NCBI GenBank assembly: GCA_021735655.1
Contig: JAIPGM010000005.1
Span: 1-64,000, forward strand
Source: Candidatus Omnitrophota bacterium
Lineage (GTDB): Bacteria > Omnitrophota > Gorgyraeia > Duberdicusellales > 4484-171
Reading direction: 5' to 3'
DNA length: 64,000 nucleotides
Every line of letters begins with the position of its first letter. Positions within the stretch are counted from its first letter, which is position 1. Positions 29,699 through 38,884 of this stretch are shown here, piece by piece. A model generated the notes under the pieces. The model was not told the origin of the DNA. It searched no databases and saw only the letters and a program-made list of their open reading frames with translations. The translations under genes were made by a program, and so were the position numbers.

Positions 29699-30400
29699 TC
29701 AGTCTTTTTTTATTTCTTGAGCTAAGATAACTGCCTCAGCAATTTCCTTCATCGAAACCCGCTTGTCCATACTTATCTTTCTTATTAAAGCATAGGCTTT
29801 ATCTTCGGTTAATTTTTGCTGATTCATCAAAATGCCTTTGGCCCGCTCGATCTTTTTACGGGCCTGAAGCTCTTCCTGAACTATCTGAGTCTTAACCATT
29901 AACTCCGTATTCTCAATAGCAACTGCGGCCTGATTAGCCACAGTACTGAGAAGCTTAATGTCGCCTTTGGTGAACTTATACTCTGTAGTCGTATAGCAGT
30001 TAATAACTCCGACTGCTCTTCGCTTAACCATCATCGGCACACTAAGCATTGAAACCAACCCTAGCAATTTAGCCAGCTTTTTTTCTTTATAGCTCTTATC
30101 TTTGGAAACATCTAAAATAGTTATCGGTTTTTTGTCATGAGCAACCAGACCGACTATACCTTCGCCTATCTTTAAACTCCGCTCCTTTAAATATTCGCTA
30201 TTTAAAGCCTGGGTAGCTCTTATTTTTAACTCTTTTTTCTTATCATCTAAAAGCCATAAAGCACAAATCTTGGCCTTCATTACATTAGCAGTTAAAGTTA
30301 CTATCAACTTCAATACGTCTTCCAAATATAAATCAGAAGTAATAGCAATGCTAATTTTACTTAAAGTATCGATGTAAGCTTTGTAAGAAGTTTTTGGCAT
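29699..30400 (-). CDS. GAF-ANTAR RNA-binding antitermination regulator.
   Basis: 233 aa. N-terminal GAF-like domain. The C-terminus (ELQARKKIERAKGILMNQQKLTEDKAYALIRKISMDKRVSMKEIAEAVI) is a typical ANTAR coiled-coil/helical domain. Confidence 0.8.
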   Translation of the reverse strand: MPKTSYKAYIDTLSKISIAITSDLYLEDVLKLIVTLTANVMKAKICALWLLDDKKKELKIRATQALNSEYLKERSLKIGEGIVGLVAHDKKPITILDVSKDKSYKEKKLAKLLGLVSMLSVPMMVKRRAVGVINCYTTTEYKFTKGDIKLLSTVANQAAVAIENTELMVKTQIVQEELQARKKIERAKGILMNQQKLTEDKAYALIRKISMDKRVSMKEIAEAVILAQEIKKD

Positions 30401-30410
30401 AATATTTTAT

Positions 30411-30890
30411 TTACCGACCTAAGCGCAGTTCAAATTGACTCGTTCCGTCAGATAAAAGAACTGTGCTCGGGGTAATTTCGATTATAGTCTTTTTACCAAC
30501 CTGATCACCTAGCCCGACTATTCTATCGTCAATTACTGCCTTCGGATCTTTTTCATTCCAAATAATACCACCAAGGCTTAGCCCGCTGCCAATTACTTTA
30601 GTTTCAATCCGATTTTGAGTAAAAGGGTCTCTTTTTAAAGCAAGCAGCCTGGTCTCTTCTTCTAGTTTTTGATACAACCCTTCAGTTAGTTGCTTGGCAA
30701 CAGTATTTGGATACAAAGTATTATAAGGTATATTGCTATCTTCTTGCTCAGTTAAAACAGTAGATTCCAATGTTTTTTTTCTACGCTCCTGAACCTTCTG
30801 AACAGTTTTCTTAGCATTACCAATAGCCATAATCAATATTAGCACTAGGAAACCGGTAATTATGAGTTTTATTTTATCCTTCTTGCTCAT
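30411..30890 (-). CDS. Pilus assembly protein, PilP-like (tentative).
   Basis: 159 aa. N-terminal TM then a beta-rich domain. Position after PilO in the cluster. Confidence 0.4.
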   Translation of the reverse strand: MSKKDKIKLIITGFLVLILIMAIGNAKKTVQKVQERRKKTLESTVLTEQEDSNIPYNTLYPNTVAKQLTEGLYQKLEEETRLLALKRDPFTQNRIETKVIGSGLSLGGIIWNEKDPKAVIDDRIVGLGDQVGKKTIIEITPSTVLLSDGTSQFELRLGR

Positions 30891-30907
30891 GATTGCAATA
30901 CCTGTAT

Positions 30908-31492
30908 CTACGATAAAAGATAAATCTTGAAATCCAAACTAACTTTCAATTTTCTATCCTTAGCCGATGAGTCTTTGATAATCTCTATTCTCTCAACGGT
31001 CACCAAGGCTAAGAGCTCGCTCCTAAGCCTCTCGATGTATTGCACTAACTCTGTATATGTGCAGTTAATCTCAATAGCAACCAAAATACTTTGGCAAATT
31101 CTTTGACCTATTGCTAGAGCCTCCTTTTTGCCTTGGAGAACTGCTTGCTTAGCTCCCGGCTTAAAAGAAATAATACTAATATTCGACTGACGAGCTAAAT
31201 CAGAAATCTTACTTAAAGCCTCCTCTTCCTTGACTGGAAACTTACCCTCTAGGGCTGAGAATCTTTCTTTAAGCAGAGTTATCCCTTTTTCTAAAGAGCC
31301 TGCTTCCAGGGCTATTTTTTCAATGTCTGAAACCTCTTTCTCGATATTTGCAAGTTCTAACTTTAAGGCTGCTACTTTCTTACGGCTAGGGCTATAAATT
31401 AATGACCAAAAAATTATAAAAGCTAACAAAACAATAACAGTGATGATTATTATCTTTTTTTGACTCTGAGTTATTTGATTTAAACTTATCAT
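30908..31492 (-). CDS. Type IV pilus assembly protein PilO-like.
   Basis: 194 aa. N-terminal TM plus coiled coil plus C-terminal domain. Synteny after PilMN. Confidence 0.55.
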   Translation of the reverse strand: MISLNQITQSQKKIIIITVIVLLAFIIFWSLIYSPSRKKVAALKLELANIEKEVSDIEKIALEAGSLEKGITLLKERFSALEGKFPVKEEEALSKISDLARQSNISIISFKPGAKQAVLQGKKEALAIGQRICQSILVAIEINCTYTELVQYIERLRSELLALVTVERIEIIKDSSAKDRKLKVSLDFKIYLLS

Positions 31493-31506
31493 GAACTTAA
31501 TTATTA

Positions 31507-33135
31507 CTAATCTGCCAACTCACAAGCTAGTTCAAATTTTTGGATCGAACCTTCTTTTTTTGAAGAAGTTAAACCAGCTTCAATAAAAAAGGCTGAACTC
31601 TCCAACCGCTGCATAAATTTAGATAAAACTGTTTCGGACAATTCACCGCTTGCTAAAACATGACCCCGGAGAGTCAAGTTACTTCTCTCCTGATTAAAAC
31701 TTACCTGATCTAAAATTACCTCATCAGGAACTAAAACACTTAATAACTTAAGTAAACCATCGGCCGGAACCTTTCCGATCTGCAATTGATTAACCAAGGC
31801 TTCTCTGGCTAGAATACCCTGCCTAAGAGTCCTCACTTCGCTAATAGTTTCAAGGTGGGCTTTAGCATTAAAAATTCTAACCTTATAACTAGCCTCTTGA
31901 GACTTAAGAATCAATACCGCAAAAAAGAATAAAGCCGCTATGGTTATCGCTGAAACTCGCAACGATACTGTCTGGATTAATTCTGACTTTTGAGCTTTTA
32001 TCTCTTTAGGGAGCAGGTTAATTGCTGTCGCAGAAAAAAGAACCGCCCCAAGATTATTTAGCAGCTGAAGACGAGAATTATCTAACTTATCCTGGCCGAT
32101 CTCGCCAAAATCAAAGTTTTCAAGAAAAGGCAAGCTTAAAACTTCCAAAGATAACTCTTTGGCCAGGTAACTATCTAAATTTTTTAAATTAGCGCCACCG
32201 CCAACCAAGTACAGCTTGGAAGAAATCTCTTGATCAAGCTCAGAAACAAAATAATCAAAACTACGTTTTAATTCTTTAGCTAGAATCTCTAAATGTGGCC
32301 GCATCAAAGAAATAACTTGAATCGCCTCAATATTGCCCTTGATAGCCTGGTTTTGACTTTTCGGAAAACCAAAGGTCTGCTTTATCTCCTCGGCCTCGGC
32401 ATAACTAAGTTGAACTTTTCCTTTATCGGAAATAAGCGTTCCGGTTAAGTCTTGGGTAAGCTTTTCTGAAGAAAAAGGTATTTTTCGAGAAAATTTCAAA
32501 GTATTATTAAGATAAATATAGAGACTACTCTGGTTGTAGCCAATATCAAGGATACTTTCAACTTTAAAACTTTCCGGCTGAGACTTTAAAATATTGCTAT
32601 AATTAAAAGGCGCTAAGGAAACCTTTGATGGGGTAATATTGCATTCTTTTAATACCGATATATATTCATTAACCGCTTCTGCGTTAGCGACAGCAAAAAC
32701 TATCTCGTTTTTCTTTACTTGCTCTTGATCGGTAAATTCTCTAATAACCTGCCACTCAATAGTCGCATCTTTTAAATCGAAGTTAAGCTCATCTTTCAGC
32801 TGCCACTTAGCTGCTCCGATAATTTCAGCCTTAGGTAAAACCGGCAACTCAAGATTTTTTATTACTATTGAATCCGGGTCGGAAATAGTTAAACAAACTT
32901 GGGCTTCCAAGATAGAATTTCTTTCTAAGAAAGATTTAATCAGCGCTATTAAGTCATCTTTTGTCTGATTAGTTAAAGATATTTTCTCAATTAATAAATC
33001 TTTGAGCTTAAACCTATTCCTGTATGGTTCTAAAAAAGAAATCTTTAAAAAAGCCTGGCCAAACTCAATAGATACCACTACCTTCGGCTTTTTTTGAAAA
33101 ATACTAGTTAAATTTGCAATAAGCCCATTAACCAT
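31507..33135 (-). CDS. PilM-PilN fusion protein (actin-like ATPase fold plus TM/PilN-like C-terminal part).
   Basis: 542 aa. A TM segment around residue 390 separates a ~380-aa PilM-like region from a ~150-aa PilN-like tail. Confidence 0.6.
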   Translation of the reverse strand: MVNGLIANLTSIFQKKPKVVVSIEFGQAFLKISFLEPYRNRFKLKDLLIEKISLTNQTKDDLIALIKSFLERNSILEAQVCLTISDPDSIVIKNLELPVLPKAEIIGAAKWQLKDELNFDLKDATIEWQVIREFTDQEQVKKNEIVFAVANAEAVNEYISVLKECNITPSKVSLAPFNYSNILKSQPESFKVESILDIGYNQSSLYIYLNNTLKFSRKIPFSSEKLTQDLTGTLISDKGKVQLSYAEAEEIKQTFGFPKSQNQAIKGNIEAIQVISLMRPHLEILAKELKRSFDYFVSELDQEISSKLYLVGGGANLKNLDSYLAKELSLEVLSLPFLENFDFGEIGQDKLDNSRLQLLNNLGAVLFSATAINLLPKEIKAQKSELIQTVSLRVSAITIAALFFFAVLILKSQEASYKVRIFNAKAHLETISEVRTLRQGILAREALVNQLQIGKVPADGLLKLLSVLVPDEVILDQVSFNQERSNLTLRGHVLASGELSETVLSKFMQRLESSAFFIEAGLTSSKKEGSIQKFELACELAD

Positions 33136-33375
33136 AAGTTTTTACTACATAGTAAGCAATAAACAATAATAAAATAGAAATTAGAATGCTCGAAACTCCT
33201 ATACCAACCCTTAAATTATAAACTGTTTCTTCAAAGGATACAAGGGCTTTATTGGTATACTCGGAAATCAATCTAAGTGTATCTGGGCAAATAAACAAAA
33301 CCATACCAAAAAAGGAAGGAAACTAAACCTACAACTATTTAAAAAACCATCATAGACCTCCTTTTATAAATATTA

Positions 33376-33972
33376 CTAAAAACTTTTAATTTCTACACTC
33401 TGGGTAAGGTCAACTGAACCTTGAAAATCATCAAAGTTGCCGGTTGCGGTTTTAACAGTAATACTAATGATTACTCGCCGGATATCGGTTAAAGCATCCA
33501 CCCCTAAAACCCAATCAGCATCAGAAGCCTTTTTATAACTAAAAATAACTCCTGTAGTATCCTTACCGTCAATAGTAAGTTCGGTTGGAATATAGTAAGG
33601 TACAACTGATTCAGCTGACCAGCTCCCACCACTATTGGTGCTAATTGAGCGGTAAATATGACCGTCACCACTGTCCCAACGAAACCGAACTGAAAGCACA
33701 ACTGCCGGGTAACCATAACTATAAGAAAATTGGGTACTCGAAGCATCGATTATGCTCCGAGTGTATCTTAAGCCCCGGGCATCAGGCGTACCCTCAATCA
33801 TTAGATTGCTAATTTCTTGAGCAATTTTTTGACAATCAAGCTGCCGCGGACTATAAATAAATAACTGAACAAAAAAAATCATCGCTCCAGCTACTACAGC
33901 AGCGACAATTGAAACTATCAACATAGTCATTATTAACTCAATTAAGGTCTCGCACTTTTTTATTTTTACCAT
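33376..33972 (-). CDS. Minor pseudopilin / type IV pilin-like protein.
   Basis: N-terminus ...ETLIELIMTMLIVSIV is a class III (prepilin) signal-like hydrophobic helix. Confidence 0.6.
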   Translation of the reverse strand: MVKIKKCETLIELIMTMLIVSIVAAVVAGAMIFFVQLFIYSPRQLDCQKIAQEISNLMIEGTPDARGLRYTRSIIDASSTQFSYSYGYPAVVLSVRFRWDSGDGHIYRSISTNSGGSWSAESVVPYYIPTELTIDGKDTTGVIFSYKKASDADWVLGVDALTDIRRVIISITVKTATGNFDDFQGSVDLTQSVEIKSF

Positions 33973-34733
33973 GAGTAAGCTGTGGTTTCAGTTGCATCGC
34001 TCATTACAAACACTAGACTACTAACTGAGCTTAAATTTTTACTAAAAGTAAATAGACCAGTATTGTTATACGTTGCTCCAGCCGAAAGAGTAAAATTAGT
34101 ATCAAAAGTGATAGTTGATCCTGAACTCTGAGTACCGCTCCACCTTTGAGAACCGTCCATAGTAATAGTTTTAACCTTTATGCCGCTTGCACCGCTAAAA
34201 CTGATAGTTACTCCAGTAATAGTTATGCCGCTGCCACCAGTATTCTCTAAGGTAATATTCTGTAAATTCTTAGCCACTATACTTCCTCCGGATACTGCCA
34301 ATGAGTCTGCTTCGTTGCCACCCACCCCAGCAACGCCTCCACCGCTTCCAGAACCAAAAGAAGCATTAGCCAAGTAAGTGACTACTCTTGCTAGTTGGCT
34401 CGCGCTACCGCCCTCATAAACCGTAACTACAACTTTCTTTAAGGTACTGTTTGAACCAACAACAAAATCAACTTCACGTCTTAAATCCTGACTATAGCCC
34501 TCATAATTTGAAGTATTAGTATCATAACCATCAGCTAGAGTAATATTATCATAGGCTAAGCTATTAATCTTAGACATCTCAGTTTTAGCTAAACCTTCAG
34601 CAACCAACAGTTGACGAGAATAAGCTATTGAACGTATGTACTCCATAGTCATAATACTGCTTGGTATCACCACTATTGCTATAATTACTATAGCGATAAT
34701 TAACTCAATAAGGGTAACGCTCTTTCTTATCAT
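33966..34733 (-). CDS. Minor pseudopilin.
   Basis: N-terminus KSVTLIELIIAIVIIAIVV, a prepilin-type motif with Glu at +5. Ser/Gly/Thr-rich. Confidence 0.6.
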   Translation of the reverse strand: MIRKSVTLIELIIAIVIIAIVVIPSSIMTMEYIRSIAYSRQLLVAEGLAKTEMSKINSLAYDNITLADGYDTNTSNYEGYSQDLRREVDFVVGSNSTLKKVVVTVYEGGSASQLARVVTYLANASFGSGSGGGVAGVGGNEADSLAVSGGSIVAKNLQNITLENTGGSGITITGVTISFSGASGIKVKTITMDGSQRWSGTQSSGSTITFDTNFTLSAGATYNNTGLFTFSKNLSSVSSLVFVMSDATETTAYSW

Positions 34734-35500
34734 GGCAGTATGTGATCCTGTGATTCTTCCCAGGAGACAATCTTGCTAGTTCCTATATCATAAGCTGCCT
34801 TAAGAGTACGTCTCCAGGTATAATTTGTGACTATCTTACCAGTAGAAGTTATATTCATAACATTATCAGAAGTAAGACCAGAGTTTAAAAGCATAACTTC
34901 AACCGTACTCCCATCGCTAAAAGTAATAACTGCTGTAATAGTCATGGGAGTAATATCGCTGCCTATTTCCCAATCCAACCAAACATCATTCTCAGTTGTA
35001 CCAGCCGGTATTGTAAAATCAGCCATGTCAATGTTAGTTCCACTCTGAGCGGTTCCAGTCCACTCAGCAGTTGCCCGACCCAAATCTATACTAATTAAGT
35101 TCTCACCGGCATCAGGGGTCCAGCTTACCTGCACATGAGTTATAGTAAGATCACCACCGCTAACATTGGTCATGCTAACATTTTTCAATTTTCGATTAGC
35201 AATTATGTTTGTGGTGCTTGAATCAGCAATAAAAAACATGCCTGAGCCGCCAAAAGAATAATAAGTATTTGGGTCTATCGCAATATCGGCTTGAGCGCTA
35301 ACTAAACCATCAGCTTCGTAGTCAGCTACTGCCGCCATAACTCCGGCCTGAGCAGCATAAAAAGCCTTTTGCTGATCAATGCTAGCGATATTATACTCTA
35401 AGGCTTGACTTATATAGACTACAATACCTAAGGCTACTATAGCCATTAAAACAACTATAATGATTACTGCAATTAAAGCAAAACTCTTATGTTTGATCAT
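34730..35500 (-). CDS. Minor pseudopilin (PilX/GspK-like, lacks Glu+5).
   Basis: N-terminus KSFALIAVIIIVVLMAIVALGIVV. Overlaps the neighbouring pseudopilin. Confidence 0.55.
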   Translation of the reverse strand: MIKHKSFALIAVIIIVVLMAIVALGIVVYISQALEYNIASIDQQKAFYAAQAGVMAAVADYEADGLVSAQADIAIDPNTYYSFGGSGMFFIADSSTTNIIANRKLKNVSMTNVSGGDLTITHVQVSWTPDAGENLISIDLGRATAEWTGTAQSGTNIDMADFTIPAGTTENDVWLDWEIGSDITPMTITAVITFSDGSTVEVMLLNSGLTSDNVMNITSTGKIVTNYTWRRTLKAAYDIGTSKIVSWEESQDHILP

Positions 35501-35591
35501 TGTTAACTAACAATAATGACAGTAAAAAGGGGGCAGAGAAATTAGAATGTTAATTTTCTGCCCCCTGCTTCTTCATAATCAATTAAACTCT

Positions 35592-35969
35592 TTATTGAAA
35601 CGTTCCGTTGGCAACAGTGTAGTTGTAAACAGTACCGGTCGGACCAGTATAGTTAACACCTGAGGCCCTGCTCCAATCCTGAGTTACTCCTTGAGCCAAT
35701 ACATTCTCAAAGCAAGGATCAGCTACGCTGCAAGTAGTATTATTATTATCCCCAAGAGTAGTCGGCCAAGCACAAGTCCCACCGGCACAAGCATTAGCAT
35801 AAAAAGTTGCTATGCCAGAGCGCACACCGCCGATTATACCCTTCTCGGCAGCTATCTGGGCTTGAGATTGAAGATCGTAGTATTTAGGAATAGCTACCGC
35901 AGCTAAGATTCCCAAAATAACAATGATCATGATTAGCTCGATCAAAGTAAAACCTTTTCTCATAAACAC
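35592..35969 (-). CDS. Major type IV pilin / GspG-like pseudopilin.
   Basis: MFMRKGFTLIELIMIIVILGILAAVAIP is a canonical prepilin N-methylation motif. 125 aa, Cys-rich C-terminus. Confidence 0.85.
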   Translation of the reverse strand: MFMRKGFTLIELIMIIVILGILAAVAIPKYYDLQSQAQIAAEKGIIGGVRSGIATFYANACAGGTCAWPTTLGDNNNTTCSVADPCFENVLAQGVTQDWSRASGVNYTGPTGTVYNYTVANGTFQ

Positions 35970-35973
35970 CTCC

Positions 35974-37191
35974 TTATCGTTTAAAAATTGCCATTAAATT
36001 CCACATTGGTAAAAATATTCCCAGAGCCATAAAAAGAACACCACAGCCTAAAACAAGTATCATTATCGGCTCAATCAAGGAACTAAAATTTTCAATTGTA
36101 TATTCAATCTGGCTATCGTAATAGTCAGAAACAAATAAAAGTAGTTCATCAACTCTACCGGAATCTTCACCTACTGCAACCATTTGAGTTACTACCGGAG
36201 CAAACATTCCACTCTTCTTCATTGGATTGGCAATTCCCTCTCCCTCATTGACCGAAGTCCGGATATCATTTATCGTCTTTTCAATCACTGCATTGCCTAT
36301 ACCACCGGAAGAAAGCTCCAAAACCCGCAAAATTGGCACGCCTGAATGCATCAGAGTGCCGGTGGCCCGGCAGAAACGAGACATATACATTTTCAAAAAT
36401 AACGGCCCAAAAACCGGAACCTTTAATTTAAATTTATCCCATAAAAATCGCCCGCCTTTCGTATTGATATATTTGTAAAAAGAAAAAATAACTATACCTA
36501 ACAAAATCCCGGTAAGCCACCAATATTGACTGACCGCAGTATTAATCCAAATAAGCACCCGGGTTGGTAAAGGTAAAACTATATTAGCCGCTGAGTAAAT
36601 CTTAACAAAACGAGGAATTACAAAAATGATCAGAATAAAAAAAGCAATCGCCATAGCGCAAACTACCATCATCGGATAACGAGTTGCGCTCTTAATCTGC
36701 ATCTTTATTTTTTCTTCATGGACTCCTAAGGCGCTTAAGCGCTCTAAGGATTCACCTAGGGTTCCACTTTCCTCAGCCGACTTAAGCATATTAGTATAAA
36801 GCGGACTGAAAACTTTCGGGTGTCTCTCAAGAGCGCTTGATAAGTCATTGCCCTCTCTTATTTCTCGAGACACCGCTTCTAAGGTTTTTTTAAAAAGTTT
36901 ATTACTAGTTTGATCACCGAGTGCCACTAGGCTTGAAAGAATAGTTACTCCAGCCCGTTGCAAAGTTGCAAACTGACGAGTAAACATATTAATTTCAGAA
37001 AGTTTAACCTTTTTAAACCGGCGTAACAACTCATTTAAAAAATTAGCTTCCTTACTCGACTCTTCTATAGTTACAGGCAAATAGTCCATTTCTTTAAGCT
37101 TATTAGCAACTGCATTTTCGGTTTCAGCTTCCATTGAACCGGTGACCAGCTTACCTTGTTTGTCGCGAGCCTTGTATTGAAATTCAGCCAT
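35974..37191 (-). CDS. Type IV pilus / T2SS inner-membrane platform protein (PilC/GspF).
   Basis: 405 aa with the duplicated GspF-domain architecture and three TM helices. Confidence 0.85.
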   Translation of the reverse strand: MAEFQYKARDKQGKLVTGSMEAETENAVANKLKEMDYLPVTIEESSKEANFLNELLRRFKKVKLSEINMFTRQFATLQRAGVTILSSLVALGDQTSNKLFKKTLEAVSREIREGNDLSSALERHPKVFSPLYTNMLKSAEESGTLGESLERLSALGVHEEKIKMQIKSATRYPMMVVCAMAIAFFILIIFVIPRFVKIYSAANIVLPLPTRVLIWINTAVSQYWWLTGILLGIVIFSFYKYINTKGGRFLWDKFKLKVPVFGPLFLKMYMSRFCRATGTLMHSGVPILRVLELSSGGIGNAVIEKTINDIRTSVNEGEGIANPMKKSGMFAPVVTQMVAVGEDSGRVDELLLFVSDYYDSQIEYTIENFSSLIEPIMILVLGCGVLFMALGIFLPMWNLMAIFKR

Positions 37192-38864
37192 TACTTAACC
37201 TTGGTTACCTTTAATACTTCTTCCGCTGTAGTAATACCCTGACTTACCTTCTCTAAGCCGTCCTCGCTTAAGGTTTTTATCCAACCTGAGGCTACGGCCC
37301 TTTCTAATATCTTATCAGCTGATTGTTTTTCATTAACCATATTGCGTATCTCATCGTTAATAGTGAAAAACTCATAGATTCCAGTTCTTCCCATAAATCC
37401 AGTATTATCGCATTTTTTGCAACCCTTGCCACGATAAAATAAATTCTTGATTTTAACACCTAAATCTTTCAAAATAGACTCTGATGGTTTATACTCTTCT
37501 TTACACTTATCACAAATTACTCTCACTAATCTTTGAGCAATAACCCCAATAACCGAGCTAGAAACTAAAAACGGTTCAACCCCCATATCAACCAAACGGG
37601 TTAAAGATGATACAGCATCATTAGTGTGTAGTGTCGAAAGAACCAAATGTCCGGTAAGCGAAGCTCTAATTGCAATCTCAGCGGTTTCCTTATCACGAAT
37701 TTCACCAACCATAATCACATCCGGATCCTGACGCAAAATTGCTCGAAGACCTTCAGCAAAAGTAACACCAATTTTAGAATTTACCTGGGTCTGGCGTATT
37801 AAAGGCAATTCATATTCAACTGGATCCTCAATAGTAATAATATTTTTATCAATTGAATTAATAGTAGTTAGAGCTGCATAAAGAGTAGTAGTTTTTCCGC
37901 TTCCGGTAGGCCCAGTTACTAGAATAATTCCATTAGGCCGATGGATAAGTTTATTAAGTGCCTCTAGACTTTCATTAGATAAACCTAGATCTTTAAGCCC
38001 TAAAACAACTGACGACTTATCTAAAATTCTCATTACCACATTCTCTCCGTGAACTGTCGGAAAAGTTGAAACTCTGATGTCAATATCCCGATTTTCTATC
38101 TTTAAACGAATTTTTCCATCTTGGGGCCGGCGATTCTCAGCAATATCTAAATTAGCCAAAATTTTAATTCGCGAGGTTAAAGCTCGATTTAAGGCTTTGG
38201 GTAAATTGTGGGACTCACGGAGAACTCCATCAACTCGGTTGCGGACCAGTAAAGTTTTAGCTTCTGGTTCAATATGAATATCCGAAGCCCGTTCCTTCAC
38301 TGCCTTAGAAATAATTAAGCTAACCAATTTTACTACCGGAGCTTCTTCGGCAATTTCAGCTAAATCCTTATCGTCCTTGACTGAAATTCTTTCAGTATCG
38401 ATAGAATCAACGATTTCGTCAACTGTAGATGAACCACCATAATAGATATCTAAAATCTTTTGAATCCCGGTCTCAGAGGCTACAACCGGATCAATAGCAT
38501 CCATCTGGCTCATCTTACGAGCCTGATCCAAAGCTACTATGTCCTGAGGGTTAAACATAGCTACGGTTAAACTAGTACCAACCTTAAATAAAGGCACCAT
38601 TTTATATTTTTTAGCTAATTTTTCAGGAATTAACTTGGTTAATTCTGAATCAATAACGTATTCGCCTAAATCCATATAGGGCACACCTAAAGCTTTAGCC
38701 CTAACTTCAGCAATACTTTCCTCACTGATAAACTTTAACTTTTCCAAAGCCTTAATAATCGAAAGGCCAGTACGCCTGGTCTCGATCGTTGCCTGATCGA
38801 GCTGTTCCTGAGTAATCAAATTCTCTTTTAGTAATAAATCAGCTATCTCTTGTTTTTTAGCCAT
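37191..38864 (-). CDS. Type IV pilus assembly / T2SS ATPase (PilB/GspE).
   Basis: 557 aa. N-terminal GspII_E_N domain, Walker A GPTGSGKTTT, and a C-terminal tetracysteine CDKC...CKKC. Confidence 0.9.
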   Translation of the reverse strand: MAKKQEIADLLLKENLITQEQLDQATIETRRTGLSIIKALEKLKFISEESIAEVRAKALGVPYMDLGEYVIDSELTKLIPEKLAKKYKMVPLFKVGTSLTVAMFNPQDIVALDQARKMSQMDAIDPVVASETGIQKILDIYYGGSSTVDEIVDSIDTERISVKDDKDLAEIAEEAPVVKLVSLIISKAVKERASDIHIEPEAKTLLVRNRVDGVLRESHNLPKALNRALTSRIKILANLDIAENRRPQDGKIRLKIENRDIDIRVSTFPTVHGENVVMRILDKSSVVLGLKDLGLSNESLEALNKLIHRPNGIILVTGPTGSGKTTTLYAALTTINSIDKNIITIEDPVEYELPLIRQTQVNSKIGVTFAEGLRAILRQDPDVIMVGEIRDKETAEIAIRASLTGHLVLSTLHTNDAVSSLTRLVDMGVEPFLVSSSVIGVIAQRLVRVICDKCKEEYKPSESILKDLGVKIKNLFYRGKGCKKCDNTGFMGRTGIYEFFTINDEIRNMVNEKQSADKILERAVASGWIKTLSEDGLEKVSQGITTAEEVLKVTKVK

Positions 38865-38884
38865 TATCTCTCCAATTATTGTAT

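Noticed and set aside
33128-33304. 58-aa minus-strand ORF (MVLFICPDTLRL…LLLFIAYYVVKTYG) ending on the pilMN start codon, with a C-terminal hydrophobic helix.
   Set aside because: There is no Shine-Dalgarno before the ATG, it is below the size range used for the ORF track, and the region is AT-rich, so it may be chance. A small pilus-associated membrane peptide cannot be excluded.
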